Both the position numbers and the translations under genes were made by a program. Below, one piece after another: positions 39,881-54,139 of a stretch of 64,000 nt of DNA. The notes beneath the pieces were generated by a model. The model ran no database searches, had not been told where the DNA came from, and was given only the letters and a program-made list of their open reading frames with translations. The DNA is from Eledone cirrhosa (taxonomy: Eukaryota), in assembly GCA_964016885.1 (NCBI GenBank), contig OZ024752.1, positions 10,044,001-10,108,000 of the forward strand. Reading direction: 5' to 3'. The first letter of the stretch is position 1; each line of letters starts with the position of its first letter.

Positions 39881-41021
39881 GTTTGAATTTGCAAAGCCAA
39901 ACAATGCAGGTATGGACATAGAACACTGGTTTAACCACTTTACTTCCCTCTGAAGAAGAGATATTATCTCGAAAATTAAGGACATTTAAATAAATCTAAG
40001 GTAAAAGACTAATTGTCAACAATATCTTTTGCATTTGCATTTTTATTCTAAATCCATACCTGCATTGTTTGGCTCTACAAATTCAAACGTTTATACCTCA
40101 TTACACAATGCTTCAAGTGAACTATAACTTCCTCCCATATATATATATATCAAAGGAAGCTTATCGAATACAATGGATAAAGCCTGTGTTGTTTTCCGTC
40201 GTTGACCGTACGTGTATGTATGTATGTATAAATCTATGTATGTATATATGTATAAATCTATGTATGTATAAATGTATGTATGTATGTATGTTCTTCTAGT
40301 TTTATAATTTCGCACATTTTTACAAATAGAGAGAGAGAGTCGGTTTCTAACATGGACAGAAGACTCTCTCATTGGAATTTACACATCAACTTGGTAGATG
40401 TGTATTCAGCTATGCATGCATGCATGCATGTGTGTGTGCGTACAGGTATGGATGTTATTGTATGTGTGGATGTGGATGTTTTGAGTTATATGTGTGCATA
40501 TACATATGCTTTGTATCTGTACATGCGTATATGCATTTATGAGATGCAGAATTTGTGGAATGTTTTACACATTTTTACTGTTTCAATAATGGATTGTACT
40601 TGTAATTTCCTAACCAGTCGTGTTAGTAAGTACGTATATCTGCATGCATGCATGTGTGTGCAGGTATGGAGGTGTATGTTTTGAGTTATGTTTGCATGTG
40701 TATATGCTTTGTATCTCTACATGGAAATAAAGATAGTACTATTTTGTAGCATGGCAATACCATAACATATAATGGTATGAAGAAGATATGGTATTAACTA
40801 CATAGCAATATATTGACTGATGCTTACACACATTCTATATTTACGGACTTAATCTTTAACTCTATAAAATACTTCAGCATGCTGATATATTCACAGCCTC
40901 CCGCTATTCTCATCTAAGCAAATGGGGGTCTTAGCCCTGACTACTATCATCATCTTTATATACACCATTTCCACTGTTTTCTCATTATCACCATTATAAT
41001 TAGTAACATCTGCAATCATTA

Positions 41022-41560
41022 AGCAATCATTAAGCATGGCTTGGAAGCTGCAGGCTTCCGTTCCCAGCTCGAGCCGGTGGGGTTGGATCGAGGGGACGGC
41101 AAAAGGCCAGATGGCATGACCATCTTCCCGTTCCGCGGTGGCAAACCCCTCGTCTGGGATGCCACTTGCACCGACACTTTCTGCAGCCGAAACTTGGTGC
41201 AGTCTGTGACTGACCCAGGTTCTGCTGCACGTCGGACTGAAGTGGCCAAACTCCTCAAATACCGGTCGCTGTCCGACAGGTTTGCGGTCGTTCCCCTGGC
41301 ATGGAAACGTCTGGTGTCCTCGGCCCCAGGGCTACCTCCTTACTCACCACCATAGGCGCTGAGCTGGCTAGCCGTAGGTGTGACCCCGCGAGTTGGAGTG
41401 GCTTTTCCAGCGCGTTTCCCTTGCCGTCCTCCGGGGAAACGCCTTCTCCATTCTGTCCGCCGGGGCTGTGGATGGGCCCCATCGCGTACCATTACATTAG
41501 TTAAATACCATTCTTTCATCCCAGTAGAGTTAAACAAATATGTTTGTGATTAAAAAAAAT
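41022..41560 (+). mobile_element. CRE-clade non-LTR retrotransposon 3' end (REL endonuclease, UTR, oligo-A)
   Basis: LEPVGLDRGDGKRPDGMTIFPFRGGKPLVWDATCTDT...AKLLKY...VPLA/ETSGVLGP.../LFQRVSLAVLRGNA with two frameshifts. A8 tract near 41552; locally GC-rich. Confidence 0.85.
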
Positions 41561-41601
41561 ATATATATATATAAAATAATATAATATGACGTAATATAAT
41601 A

Positions 41602-41950
41602 TAATTGTTTCTACTTTAAGCACAAGGCCAGCAATAAGCCAGTGCATTACTGGTACTTTATTTTATCGACCCCGTAAGGATGAAAGGCAAAGTCAACATC
41701 TAGTAACTAATTATCTTATTCATCCTACTCATCTACTCATCTAATATATTTTCATTTCCTTTTCTTTACATTATCTTCTTTATATAAGGGTCAGACGACA
41801 TGCTTTGACGCATAGAGTTACGGCCCTTGCTATTCTGAGTTCAAATCCCGCCGAGGTTAACTTTGCTTTTCATCCTTACGGGGTCGATAAATAAAGTACA
41901 TGTAATACACTGGGATAATTGTGGCCTTGTGTCAAAAGTAGAAACAATTA
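41602..41950. mobile_element. Two partial SINE A copies (minus 41602-41698, plus 41787-41950)
   Basis: Core and 3' end match the family consensus. Confidence 0.8.
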
Positions 41951-42310
41951 TCTTTATATAAATCATTACCTTAAACCAGTGGTTCCTGAAGTGAGTTCCA
42001 CGAAAGCCAAGGGTCAGGCAAAAGGGTATCTGGGGTTCGGTGAATAAAGGTAGATGAGTTTATTTATATTACGACCATATAATAGTATCAGACATTGGGA
42101 TCTTCCCAAAGGTTTCTGAACCAAAAGGTTCCCTTCATCACGTAGCGTTATTCTATCAAATCTATCGAAGGCACCCACAGAACCGTTTTAAAAGGATTCA
42201 TACAGTCTACACAATCATCATCATCTTCATCATCATCACTATGCACACACATCCACATCACTGCCCCTTCTCTCTCCTCTTCTTTCTTTCTTAAGTTTCC
42301 CTTTTTCAGC

Positions 42311-42532
42311 GTGCGATCTATCTACTGGTGCGATCTATCTACTGGTGTGATCTATCTACTGGTTCGACCTATCTACTAGTGTGATATATCTACTGGTGCG
42401 ACCTATCTACTCGTGCGAACTATCTACTCGTGCGACCTATTGACTGGTGCGATCTATCTACTGGTGCGACCTATCTACTGGTGCGACCTATCTACTGGTG
42501 CGATCTATATACTGGTGCGACCTATCTACTGG
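42311..42532 (+). repeat. 17 bp minisatellite (GTGCGA[T/C]CTATCTACTG) x ~13
   Basis: Directly visible tandem units abutting the 5' end of an RTE fragment. Confidence 0.92.
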
Positions 42533-43500
42533 ATCCACACAATTTCAAGTGGACCTGATATCACTGCTCTACACAAACACCAAAGCCCAAGTCATTACAG
42601 CTGACGGGATGACAGAGTTCTTTGAGATACTGGCTGAAGAGGTCCAGGGAGGTATATTAGCGCCCTACCTTTTTATAATCGTAGTGGACTATTCTATGCA
42701 CCTTGCGCTGGAGAAACACTAAGACTCTGGCTTTACTGTAGCACTGGCTCAGAGCAGGAGATATAAGGCGAAAAAGATATCAGATGCTGAATGTGCCGAC
42801 GACAAAGTTTCGGTGACTAACACAGTGAAGGAGGCAGAGAAGTTGATGCAGGAGGTGGAGACTGTGTCGGTGAGTGTGGGGCTGAGAATGAATGAGATTA
42901 AGACAAAGTATCTGATAGAGATTATTAAGAAGCCAGAGCAGATTATAAATGTAGGCGGGAAGCCACTAGGATTGATTGATGACTTTCTCTATCTGGGAGC
43001 AAAGATTGGGAACACAGAGGATGATGTCGTTGAGAGGAAGAACAAAGCTGGGTTGCGTGCCAGAGTTTGAGATCCGTGTGGAAGTCGGACCTTCGTAAAA
43101 ACCTGAATATCCGCATCTTCGTTTCTGCAGTGGAGTCCGTACTGATGTACGGGTCTGAGACTTGGGCACTGACCTATAAACTCACTCAGATGGAGGATGG
43201 GTGCTACATGAGAATGCGAGGATAGCTCTGAACATTAATTAGTATACACTGAGGATGAATAACTCAGCTCGAAAGTAACACAGAGGAGACTGATGTTAGC
43301 AGAACATTCTCCACCGATATTCAGAGATGACACTGCACCGAATTCTCATGAGGGACCCACTAGAAAAGGGAGACGAGGTTGACATATATTGATGCTAAGG
43401 AGAGACACTGGTCTGTGGGAGACTCAGGACATGGCGGTGATAATGAAGGGCAGAGGCTGCTGGAGTGAACTCGTCCAATGATCTCGGGAATTTTACCCGC
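42533..43500 (+). mobile_element. 5'-truncated decayed RTE-like LINE
   Basis: ISLLYTNTKAQVITADGMTEFFEILAEEVQGGILAPYLFIIVVDY, AECADD, GLRMNEIKTKY, DDFLYLGA, ESVLMYGSETW motifs with stops and frameshifts. Confidence 0.85.
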
Positions 43501-43510
43501 CCTAGATCGT

Positions 43511-43554
<44 letters not shown>

Positions 43555-44689
43555 AACGAAGTAAGTGGGGTAAGTAACCAGATAGACCATAACGCACCAG
43601 AGTATTCAATACTTGGGGTAGTAGAGTGGGTAATAGGAAAATGTTTAGCGCCGAGACGGCAGAGCTCTGCTGTCGGGGTTCTCACATTTTCCTATATATA
43701 TATACATTATGAAGAGAGAAGGAACATTTAGATATAATTAGTAATAAAATGTATCATACCTAAACTGCTCCTAGATTCCTCGACTACGTAGTTTCGTGGC
43801 ATAAACAAAAACAGTACATCATAAAGATATAGAGCCTTTGCGAGGTCTGCCGACTTATCAAGAGGATACCTCATTTTATAGCTTCAAGAACGCGTCTACA
43901 CATATATACATACATATATATATATATGTGTGTGTGTAAAGGGTACAAAGGTCTAAAGTGTGGCATCGGAGTCATTATATATGTTTATAGAAGCTGAAAT
44001 CTTTAGAATTAAGATTTATCAAAGTACAATCTATCGAACCATGAAATCCTAATGAAGCACTTTTGATAAAATATTCCAAAATTTTATGTAAAAAGTCTTC
44101 GTTATGTTTATTTATTTGAACTACATTCCTCTTTATGTTCCTGCCCTTGTGCTGATATCTACATTTACATCTGTGTATCATATGAGTATACTACAACATA
44201 TATAAAGACACACAAAATTGTAGGAAACACTTTATACGCATTACCAATATGTACGTGGATACATATAAATGTGTATATATATACATAAATATATCTATCG
44301 CACTATCCATCAATTTATTTATCTACCTACCAATCCCCCCCCCCTCTCTCTGTATATATATAAATATATAGATATATAGATAGATATTGGTAGGTTTCAA
44401 TTTTATTATTATTACTATATATATATATAGATATTGGTAGGTATATATATATATATATATATATATATTGGTAGGTAGATATATATATATATATATATAA
44501 CGAAGGAAATGTGGTAAGGAACCAGGTGGACCATAACGCACCAAAGTACTCAATACTTGAGGTAGTAGAGTGGATAATAGGAACCAGTAAGACCCCGACA
44601 GCCGTTTCGACGGCTAATGCGGAGAATTAGCCGTCGAAACGGCTTGAGCTCAGCTGTCGGGGTCTTACTGGTTCCTATTATATATATAC

Positions 44690-44871
44690 AGTGGATTGGC
44701 AGTATCGGTAGAGGGTCGGACGCCATGCTTTGACGCATAGAGTTACGGCCCTTGCCATTCTGAGTTCAAATCCCGCCGAGGTTAACTTTGCCTTTCATCC
44801 TTATGGGGTTGATAAAATAAAGTACCAGTAATACACTGGGCAATTGCTGGCCTTGTGCCAAAAGTAGAAAC

Positions 44872-44875
<4 letters not shown>
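44690..44875 (+). mobile_element. SINE family A
   Basis: Full copy. Confidence 0.9.
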
Positions 44876-44906
<31 letters not shown>

Positions 44907-44975
44907 TAGAGAGAGAGATTGGTAGGTAGATAAATACATTGATTGATATATATAGAGAGAGAGGGAGAGAGATGG

Positions 44976-45044
<69 letters not shown>

Positions 45045-45102
45045 TTGGTAGGTAGATAAATACATTGATATATATATATAGAGAGAGAGGGAGAGAAATG
45101 GA

Positions 45103-45168
<66 letters not shown>

Positions 45169-46105
45169 TGCACACACACTGTTCCTTTCGAAAAATATTG
45201 AATTCAGATGATATAGCTTCGAGCTATACTTTTAAACTTTGAATTCCTCATACACAAATTCAATATACATCTTAGGATGGAATCATTTTGTGTTATCTAG
45301 CCACTATTATATGACCATTTCATTCCCTGCAAGCAATACACTCTTTATAAGTCTGCCGTATAATGCCAGCGTTCTCGATGAGTCATTAATGAATAACGAT
45401 ACCGTGTTATATTCTTCCCTAAGGCATTCACCAAAACCGATACTAAGTTATAAATGCGATGCTAAACCGAGTATAGGAATATAAGTTACTAATGCAGTAG
45501 CCTACTATTGCCGGGAGGAATCTGTATGTAAACCATCGTATCTCTAGTTGAGAGGCTTAAATTTCATTACGGAAATAACATATTCTATACATTTGTTATC
45601 TTACCTACATTTGTAAAGATATAGTCACTATCCAATGTATAGGCATTTCTGTAGAAATGATAGATAGCTATTTGTGTGTACCCACGTGGCTTTTAACAGC
45701 ATGATAACGTATAATTCCTAATGAAAACGGTATCTTTCAGAGATGCTTCGAGATCTAATTGATTAAACGAATTTACGCATTGAAGAAAAAACTGCGGTCG
45801 TTAAATTGAATTAACCATTTATCACAATTTTTGCATTTTTTCAAACCGTATTCGAATACACTAACTCCAGAAATACATGAATACCCTTCCCTACTACGTT
45901 AGCATATTCTAAATATGGTCTCTTTAATAATATATTTCCATTATCACAATCTGGTAGATTCCATTTGAAGTAAATTCTTAGCTTAACAATGCGTATTATA
46001 ATATTTAAACATTTTTTTTTTACATTCTATTCATTCTTCTCAATTTAAATATATATATATTTTCTTATTCTTTTAAATTGTATTTACATGATATATTTTT
46101 ATAAA

Positions 46106-46443
46106 TACGGTCGTCCGAAAGTCTTGTCACACCTTGTCACATATTGTTTTAACTTTCATTATTTTTGTTTTAATAATATATATATATATCATTAATTATA
46201 ATATATAATACTAATAATATAAGTTTCTATTTCAGAGCTCCAAAGTTTGGAAGAGAGGCTGCTCGCAAGTGATGGACACATGATTGTGTCTATTCTGGCA
46301 AGAGTATGGAGGATGTGTGAAATGACTTCACTGCAAGATTCGGCAAACCAGCTCTTCCGAAGGGGACGATACTGCGATGGGAGCATAAACTGTTTCTCAT
46401 TACTTTTTGGTAGGGGGTGACAAAACTTTCGCACTACCCTGTA
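46106..46443 (+). mobile_element. Internally deleted Tc1/mariner element
   Basis: TIRs TACGGTCGTCCGAAAGTCTTGTCAC / GTGACAAAACTTTCGCACTACCCTGTA. Internal HTH remnant DFTARFGKPALPKGTILRWEHKLF. Confidence 0.6.
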
Positions 46444-46721
46444 GAATAAAATATTTTCTATTGACTCTATACGAAAAACGTTAAAGGTTTATATGTTATA
46501 CATATTTGATTCTGTCACCTAATCTCAGCTTCTTATATCAGACAAGGTGACTTTTATTTAGTAGTCAAAATTATCATACATGATATTTCCACGTGTCGTT
46601 TTCGTATTAAAACAAAACATTCAACATATTTTCAACAAATATGTATTGTATTTCGTAAACTTATATTTTTCTGATCAGAGATTGCATTATCTTGGAGTGT
46701 ATGTGCAGTTAATAATGAATT

Positions 46722-46902
46722 GATTGGCAGTATCGTTAGAGGGTCGGACGCCATGCTTTGCAGCATAGAGTCACGATCCTTCACGGTTGAGTTCAAATCC
46801 CGCCGAGGTTAACTTTGCCTTTCATCCTTATGGGGGTCGATAAAATAAAGTACCAGTAACGCACTGGGATAATTGCTGGCCTTGTGCCAAAAGTAGAAAC
46901 AT
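46722..46902 (+). mobile_element. SINE family A
   Basis: Full copy. Confidence 0.9.
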
Positions 46903-46959
46903 TTATATTAATGATTCTGGCGTAATAGATTTTACTGAGAATGAGGTTGTTAAATTTAC

Positions 46960-47270
46960 CTACATCTACATGTAAGGGTCTAAGTTAAAGGTCTATCTCA
47001 AGCTCGGAGTCTCATCAGGCAGCAGCTTATCCCGGTTTTCGTGGCATTAAGAGACAGAGAGTTCAAAGACCTCCCCCTGGACAGGACGCCAGTCCATCGC
47101 ATGGGTAAAGCCCAAGCTATTGTTGGTACTCATTTTCAGCTGAGTATACTGGAGCAACTTGAAATGAAGTGTTTTGCTCAAGAACACATCACGCAACCCA
47201 GCCCAGACTTGAAACCACGACATTATGATCACGAGTCGAACAATATTACCACTAGGCCACACGCATCCAC
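46960..47270 (-). mobile_element. SINE family B variant
   Basis: Reverse complement: tRNA-like head GCGTGTGGCCTAGTGGTAA, CTTGAGCAAAACACTT, then GCGATGGACTGGCGTCCTGTCCAGGGG. Confidence 0.7.
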
Positions 47271-47739
47271 AGGTACGGTAATGATCTAAAAATATCAATG
47301 ACAATGAAATTTCATATATTTACGTTTGTTACATCCACTGCCCAACTAACACTACACCTAACACATTTCATAGATATGTATATTATTTACATTTAATATT
47401 CTCGCTTTGATAAGAATATTTTCAATAAAGCCCATTTTTTCTGTCAATATTGAATTACATTTTCTTCAGTAAAAGTTAGTTTCTCTGACACATTACACAT
47501 CTTGAGAATCTTCAAGACCCAAGGGTGTTGTATTTAGTTCTTAGATTCAATATAGATCAGTATATGTATGTATGTATTGTCCCGTAACTCCTGATAAAGT
47601 CGTAGGGGTGCCTTATTGACATACGTCGTTTCTTGGACTCTTAAAGCCTGACGGAGCCCCTTCTACATCAGGCATGAGTACAGCAGATTTCTTCCAGAGA
47701 AAGATAGAGAGTGGAAATGAGAAATAGATACAGAGGAAG

Positions 47740-48632
47740 AATCGACCGCAGTACTCGACTGGATCTACTTTATCTACCTCGAAAGGATGAAAGGCAAAGT
47801 TGGCCTCGGCGGGGTTTGAAATCCGACTGCAGAGAACCGGAACGAATACCATAAAGCACTGACGTTCTAACGACCCTGCCAATTTGGCGTCTATCGATCA
47901 GTATATATGACTGAATAAAACACATTCCATGAGCTTTGAAGCTGCAGTACAAGACTTTGCTACACAAATAATAATTTCTTATATAGGCACAGGATCAGCA
48001 ATTTTGGGGGACGCGAAAGTCGATTAAATCGACTCCAGTGCGTGACTGGTACTTTATTTTATTGACGCCTTAAGGATGAAAGGCAAAGTTAACCTCAGTG
48101 GAATTGGAACTCAGATCGTAAAGGACCGTAACTCTATACTACAAAGCATGGCGTCCGACCCTCTACCGACACTGCCAATCCACCACCCTACTTTGGTACA
48201 CAAATAATTGTTTCTATTTTAGGCACAAGGCCAGCAATTAACCAGTACATTACTGGTACTTTCATAAATAATGATTTCTTATATAGGCACAAGATCAGTA
48301 ATTTGGGGGAGGGGGTAGTCGATTAAATCATTACTGGTGTTTTATTTTATCGACCCCGTAAGGATGAAAGGTAAAGTTAACCTCGGCGGGATTTGAACTC
48401 AGACCGTAGAGGGCCGTAACTCTATGCTGCAAATCATGACGTCCGACTCTCTGCCGATACTGCCAATCCACAACCCTACTTCGGTACATAAATAATTGTT
48501 TCTACTTTAGGCACAAGACCAGCAAATTATCCAGTGCATTACTGGTACTTTATTTTATCGACCCCGTAAGGATGAAAGGCAAAGTCAACCTCGGCGGCAT
48601 TTGAACTCAGATCGTAAAGGGACGTAACTATG
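47740..48632 (-). mobile_element. Array of 4-5 SINE A copies/fragments
   Basis: Copies at 47740-47885 (diverged), 47970-48185, 48203-48262, 48270-48470 and 48492-48632, with a repeated linker CCCTACTT.GGTACA.AAATAAT. Confidence 0.85.
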
Positions 48633-49741
48633 CTTCGGTACATAAATAATGGAACAGAATAAACGTTATCTATGTTCGGGTATTGTAGGAAGCTGAACAC
48701 ATAATTTAAAGGTAACATGCTGCCGTTGTTTCGAAAATCAGCTGAAACATATTTCATTTTCTCAGTAAAAGATGAAGTGGAAATAAGTTAGGTTTATTGA
48801 TTAAACATAATTATCAGTTGATATTTCGAATAAACATTTTGTTAACCGGAATTGAACACTCGTATTAGAAATATATATTCCATAGAACGCCAGAGAACGT
48901 CTAAATATGTACACAAGTGTTTTGCACTACCTTATCACTGTGTATAGAATTTATCAGTGGTAAACAAGTTTGTTTTAAAGTTGTAAACAGGAATTACTCT
49001 ATCACGAATTTCACGATTTAGCACTGTTTGTCATTAAGAATTTTTATATCCCTCTTTCCAACCTGAAACCAATTACCTGCAGATTTGATATTCAATTTCA
49101 GCTACTATGAAACGTATGTTTATGAGTAATTATTTCGACGGCGATATAATTCCAACTATACTTGAGAGAAGACTGTTGTTATATACATATGTTGACGTAT
49201 ATTATTGATATCTCTTATCCTATACTGTGAATACCTTCAGAACTGTTTGAATATATACATGTGTGATATAGTGTAGTCATGTTTTATCGAAGCGATATCT
49301 TTATCAAGTAATTGCGCTACTAAATTCGTGTTATTTCATGGAACGTGTTCTTTATATTGGTAAACCTGCTGCTGATATAAAGTATTTTTCCTATTTTCCT
49401 TGCAGTTAATGTGTTACTGACTCTTAAGAATCATTTAGATAATGCCTGAATGAAACACAAGCTCACTTTATCACCAACATAAATGAAAACGCAGTTGTTT
49501 CCGATTCATGCTGGTATCCAACTGGGATTTGTTATTTTGTATACAGATTTAATTGCTTATGTATACATGTTAGGAATATGCGCAATTATTCAAAAGCAAA
49601 TATAAACTTTATTCTGTGATAACAATATTTGTTTTCTATCAAATATACAAATTCAAGTAGAGAAATATTCATTCAGGTATTAGAAACATATTCTTTATGT
49701 AATTAATCTGCTCTCCAAAAAAATTACGTTTATTAATAGTA

Positions 49742-50310
49742 CTAGCAGAAAAACCACCTGAAGGATGGTTTTCTGCTACCATGTGCGGTGTTCATATTGA
49801 TATTATAGACAAATATATAATCATGTAGGTATGATGCATCAAATAAAATCGTAATTGACAATATGCACAGAAATTGTAGAGAGACTGTGTTACACTGTCT
49901 TATGTAATCAGTAAAGTCATCCATGATACATTTAAACAAAGACAATATTATATATAAACTGCATTACGGTGAAATTTTATGAAAACGAAAAAGAAGAAAA
50001 TTAGCGACAGAAATATAAACTTTCTATAATAATGCAAGTATATAAATGTTTATATAAGTGATGTAATAAGTGTTATGACATAACGGACGCTAACCGGAAG
50101 TGTTGACATTTGAAAATTTTAAAAGAAGTGAATCTTAAAATAAGCGATCGTTATATATAAGAATATTTATGTTTAATCAACAGCTACGAATTTAGTACAT
50201 AAATTATGTAATATTCCTTCATTATTTATTCAAAATAATCCAACTTATTTAACTAACGGGTTAACAAAATATAGTTAGGACACAATCCCGCACTCCTCCC
50301 TTTGTTATAT
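49742..50310 (-). mobile_element. Second copy of the non-autonomous Helitron at 26099-26738
   Basis: ACTAGCAGAAAAACCACC...TGGTTTTCTGCTA end and a colinear interior. 5' end unclear. Confidence 0.65.
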
Positions 50311-50624
50311 TATGTTTATTGACATGTAGTGCGAGCCAGATAAAATACAATGAAGAGGAAAAAGTAAACTAAACCGTATCATTGTACCTTGATATTTTGG
50401 CAAATTTAAGATAGATATATTTACAATGATTTGTATATTTATTAGAGATACATCATTATGTAATATAAACATTTTCTACATAAAAATTGAGTTTCGTTAA
50501 ATTTATAGACGGGCAATATCCTAAATATGTTTAGGAAATGTGTCATGCTTAAATAGTCTTTCTAATAATACAGTAGTATATCATTCCACATATTGCTGTG
50601 CCTATGTATGAATGTATATAGTAT

Positions 50625-51046
50625 GAGTGTGTATCTGCTTATGTGTGTGTGTGTATATATATATATGTGTGTGCGTGTATATATATATATGTGTGTGTGT
50701 GTGTGTTAGTATATGTGTGTGTGCGTGTGTATATATATATGTGTGTGTCTGTGTTAATATATATATAGGGGTGTCTGTGTGTGTGTGTGTTAATATATAT
50801 GTGCGTGTGCATATATATATGTGTGTTAATATATATGTGCGTGTGCATATATATATGTGTGTGCGCGTGTGTTAATATATATATATGTGGGTGGGTGTGT
50901 GCGTGTGTGTGCGTGTATGTGTGTGTAGATGTTTGTATATATATATGTGACTGTGTATATATATGTGTGTTTGAAGATATGTTTATACATAGATATATAT
51001 CTGAGTATATATATATATATATATGGGTGTATACATATATATATAT

Positions 51047-51087
<41 letters not shown>

Positions 51088-51335
51088 ATATATATAATCA
51101 ACTATTTATTTTCATTTTTATATATACAATATTTATATATATAATATTTATGTTCTTATATATATATATTATATGTGTGTGTGTGTATGTATGCGTATGT
51201 GTATGTATACGTGTGTGTAGGTATATATATATATATATATGTATATGTATATATGTGTATATATATATATGGGTGTATGTAGATATGTTTATATATAGAT
51301 ATATGTGTGTGTGTGTATATGTTTATATATAAATG

Positions 51336-51371
<36 letters not shown>

Positions 51372-51385
51372 TGTGTGTGTGTGTA
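50625..51385. repeat. Compound (TG)n/(TA)n array
   Basis: Directly visible. Confidence 0.93.
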
Positions 51386-51496
51386 AGTAAGAAATGTATA
51401 TGCGGTTGTGTATTATATGTTTACAATATGGATTATAATATTTAATAGAACCTACAATTATAATTTTAACACCTCTTATGATCAGAAATCTTAATA

Positions 51497-51674
51497 TTTG
51501 TTTCTACTTTAGGCACAAGGCCAGCAAATGACCCAGTTCATTACTGGTACTTTATTTTATCGACCCCGTAAGGATGAAAGGCAAAGTCAACCTCGGCGGG
51601 ATTTGAACTCAGATCGTAAAGGGACGTAACTATGCTGGAAAGCATGGCGTCCGACCCTCTACCGATACTGCCAA
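51497..51674 (-). mobile_element. SINE family A
   Basis: Full copy. Confidence 0.9.
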
Positions 51675-52409
51675 ATTGATAACCATACACATTCCCAAAT
51701 GAAACCATATCTGGTTACAAATGTGAATTTCTCACTAACAACTCCAATACACCAATACTACCGCAAAATGAGGAGTAGTAGTAACATATTAACACCACTG
51801 CCACTAAGGTCAACTAGGTCACCTAAACCAAAACACTCCTATTTTCTTGGTATATTCAGTTATTATTCTTGGGTATTAAAAACAACCCTAACAAACTGAC
51901 CAGATTCTAAGACAACTTATCTAAGAAATTCACTAGGCTTGGTATTGAAGTATTAAGACTCTATCTGACCAATGAGAGGAAATTATATTCTACCGATGCA
52001 TGAAATCGTTCATTCTAAATCATATGCTATCAGTTCTTTGGGAAAATAACACCATAGTTCGAAACAGGTCATATCAAAGTTAAACTTTGTTCCATCATTA
52101 TGGTTTTGTTTTTTTTCTGTTCAAGTTATAGCTGTCTGATAAGGAGGCTGGTGGAATATTGATTCAGAATGAACGAATTCAAGCCTGAGTAGCATATACT
52201 TTCCTCTGATTGGTCAGATACAATCTTACAACTGCAATACCAAGTCTATTGAATTTCTTCGGTGAGGTTTCTTGGAACCGCGTCAGTTTGTTAAGGTTGT
52301 TTTGAATACCCAACTTTAGCTGTCGGATAATGGTTATCACCGAAATATATATAACAGCGAACATGATTAAACGAAGTTAATTTTAACCTGTTGACTTGCA
52401 CTTCTTGCT

Positions 52410-52508
<99 letters not shown>

Positions 52509-52611
52509 TATTCAATTAGAGAAAGTTGATTGATTTAAAATCAGAAAAAAAAAATAGGGATGGACTAAAATAACCGTCTTATTTGTTTATTATACATTAT
52601 ATTATTATTGA

Positions 52612-52980
52612 ATTGGCAGTATCGGTAGAGGGTTGGACGCCATGTTTTCTATCATAGCTACGTCCCTTTACGGTCTGAGTTCAAATCCCGCCGAGGTTAA
52701 CTTTGCCTTTCATCCTTACGGAGTCGATAAAATAAAGTACCAGTAATGTACTGGGTCCTTGCTGACCTTGTGCCTAAAGTAGAAACAATTATATTATTAT
52801 ACATTATATTATGTTTATTATACATTATATATATAAATATGTGTGTGAAGGCGCATGGCTTAGTGGTTAAAGCATTGGGCTTGCAATCGAAAGGTTGTGA
52901 GTTTACCGGGTGATGTGTTGTTTCCTTGAGCAAGACACTTTATTTCACGTTGCTCCAGTTTACTCAGCCGTAGAAATGAG
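52612..52980 (+). mobile_element. SINE A (52612-52790) followed by SINE B (52848-52980)
   Basis: Family A consensus, then GGCGCATGGCTTAGTGGTTAA...CCTTGAGCAAGACACTT. Confidence 0.8.
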
Positions 52981-53397
52981 AACCGGCCTGCCCGCCCAGC
53001 CAGTGGGATGGCGTTATCTTATGGATAAAACAGCACGACGTGCTGTGACCAGTGGCGCCGATTGGCGCCCGACAGACCGGTCGGTCAAGGTGATATATAT
53101 ATATATATATATATACACAATACCGTCTGACTTCCTCTATTCTACCTTCACACATTTTCTATACACCAGTGTCATTTTGTGTCTGTATTGGTCTACAGTT
53201 CATACTACTTTCTTATCTTTTATTATTTTTCTCCATTCTCTACCCATTTCGATATGTCTCAATGTGCACTGGAATGGACGGTATTAAACTAAACTCAACC
53301 GAAACCATAGGGATTTCCCGAGGTTGAATGCGGTGATGGGACTGTCTTTTTTTTATATTTCAATTGTCTTTGTCCTCTGACCACTATTTAGGATTCA

Positions 53398-53465
<68 letters not shown>

Positions 53466-54105
53466 GGATTGAGAGGGACGAGGCTGTGTGTTTACTGATA
53501 ACGAGTGTTAGAAAGTAAAGGGACACAAACAAAAGATTGACATTTTCCCTTCCTCAGTTGTCTACTACGGGTCACAGATGTTTCAGTGCATTGTTGGCAA
53601 TACATTTATCCGTAGGACGCCCATAGCTTTTTATCTATCAGGGGAAAAATGGAGTGGTACAAAGAACTGAAAGAATAAAAGGTATGTAGGGTTTATGTGC
53701 ATATGTGTAGAAAATGTAGAGAGAGAGAGAAGGGGATAGTGAGAGGGAAAAGGAAGCAAGCAAATTCCGCACATATATGCCGACAGGTATCAACTCACAT
53801 ACAGTACGAGAAATATAAAATCTTGTAACAAAGAAACTGGTTCGTTCCATAAGGAATCATTAATTGAAACACAGCAATAACAATGAATTATGGAAGAAGA
53901 ATTATAAAATATAACATTTACCCGGAATTGGTGGCCGGGATACGGAACGAGATGATTCGGAAACCCCACATATTTAATATCGAAAACATTATGTGAGACA
54001 ATGTGAAAGAATGTATTCGAGCTTACGGAGAAGCATTTGCTCCAACCTCCAACAACTAGTATTTGCCAAATATATTTACACAGTGATCAGACAAAATGAA
54101 AATAT

Positions 54106-54138
<33 letters not shown>

Positions 54139-54139
<1 letters not shown>

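Noticed and set aside
42311-42532. 17 bp repeat array as CRISPR or iteron
   Set aside because: No spacers; a simple minisatellite at a LINE junction.
53520-53630. Hairpin + GAAAC motif on minus (relative at 33030-33120) as a hammerhead
   Set aside because: Core reads CGGATAA, not CUGANGA, and there is no valid UH site. A repeat fragment, but the ribozyme call is unsupported.
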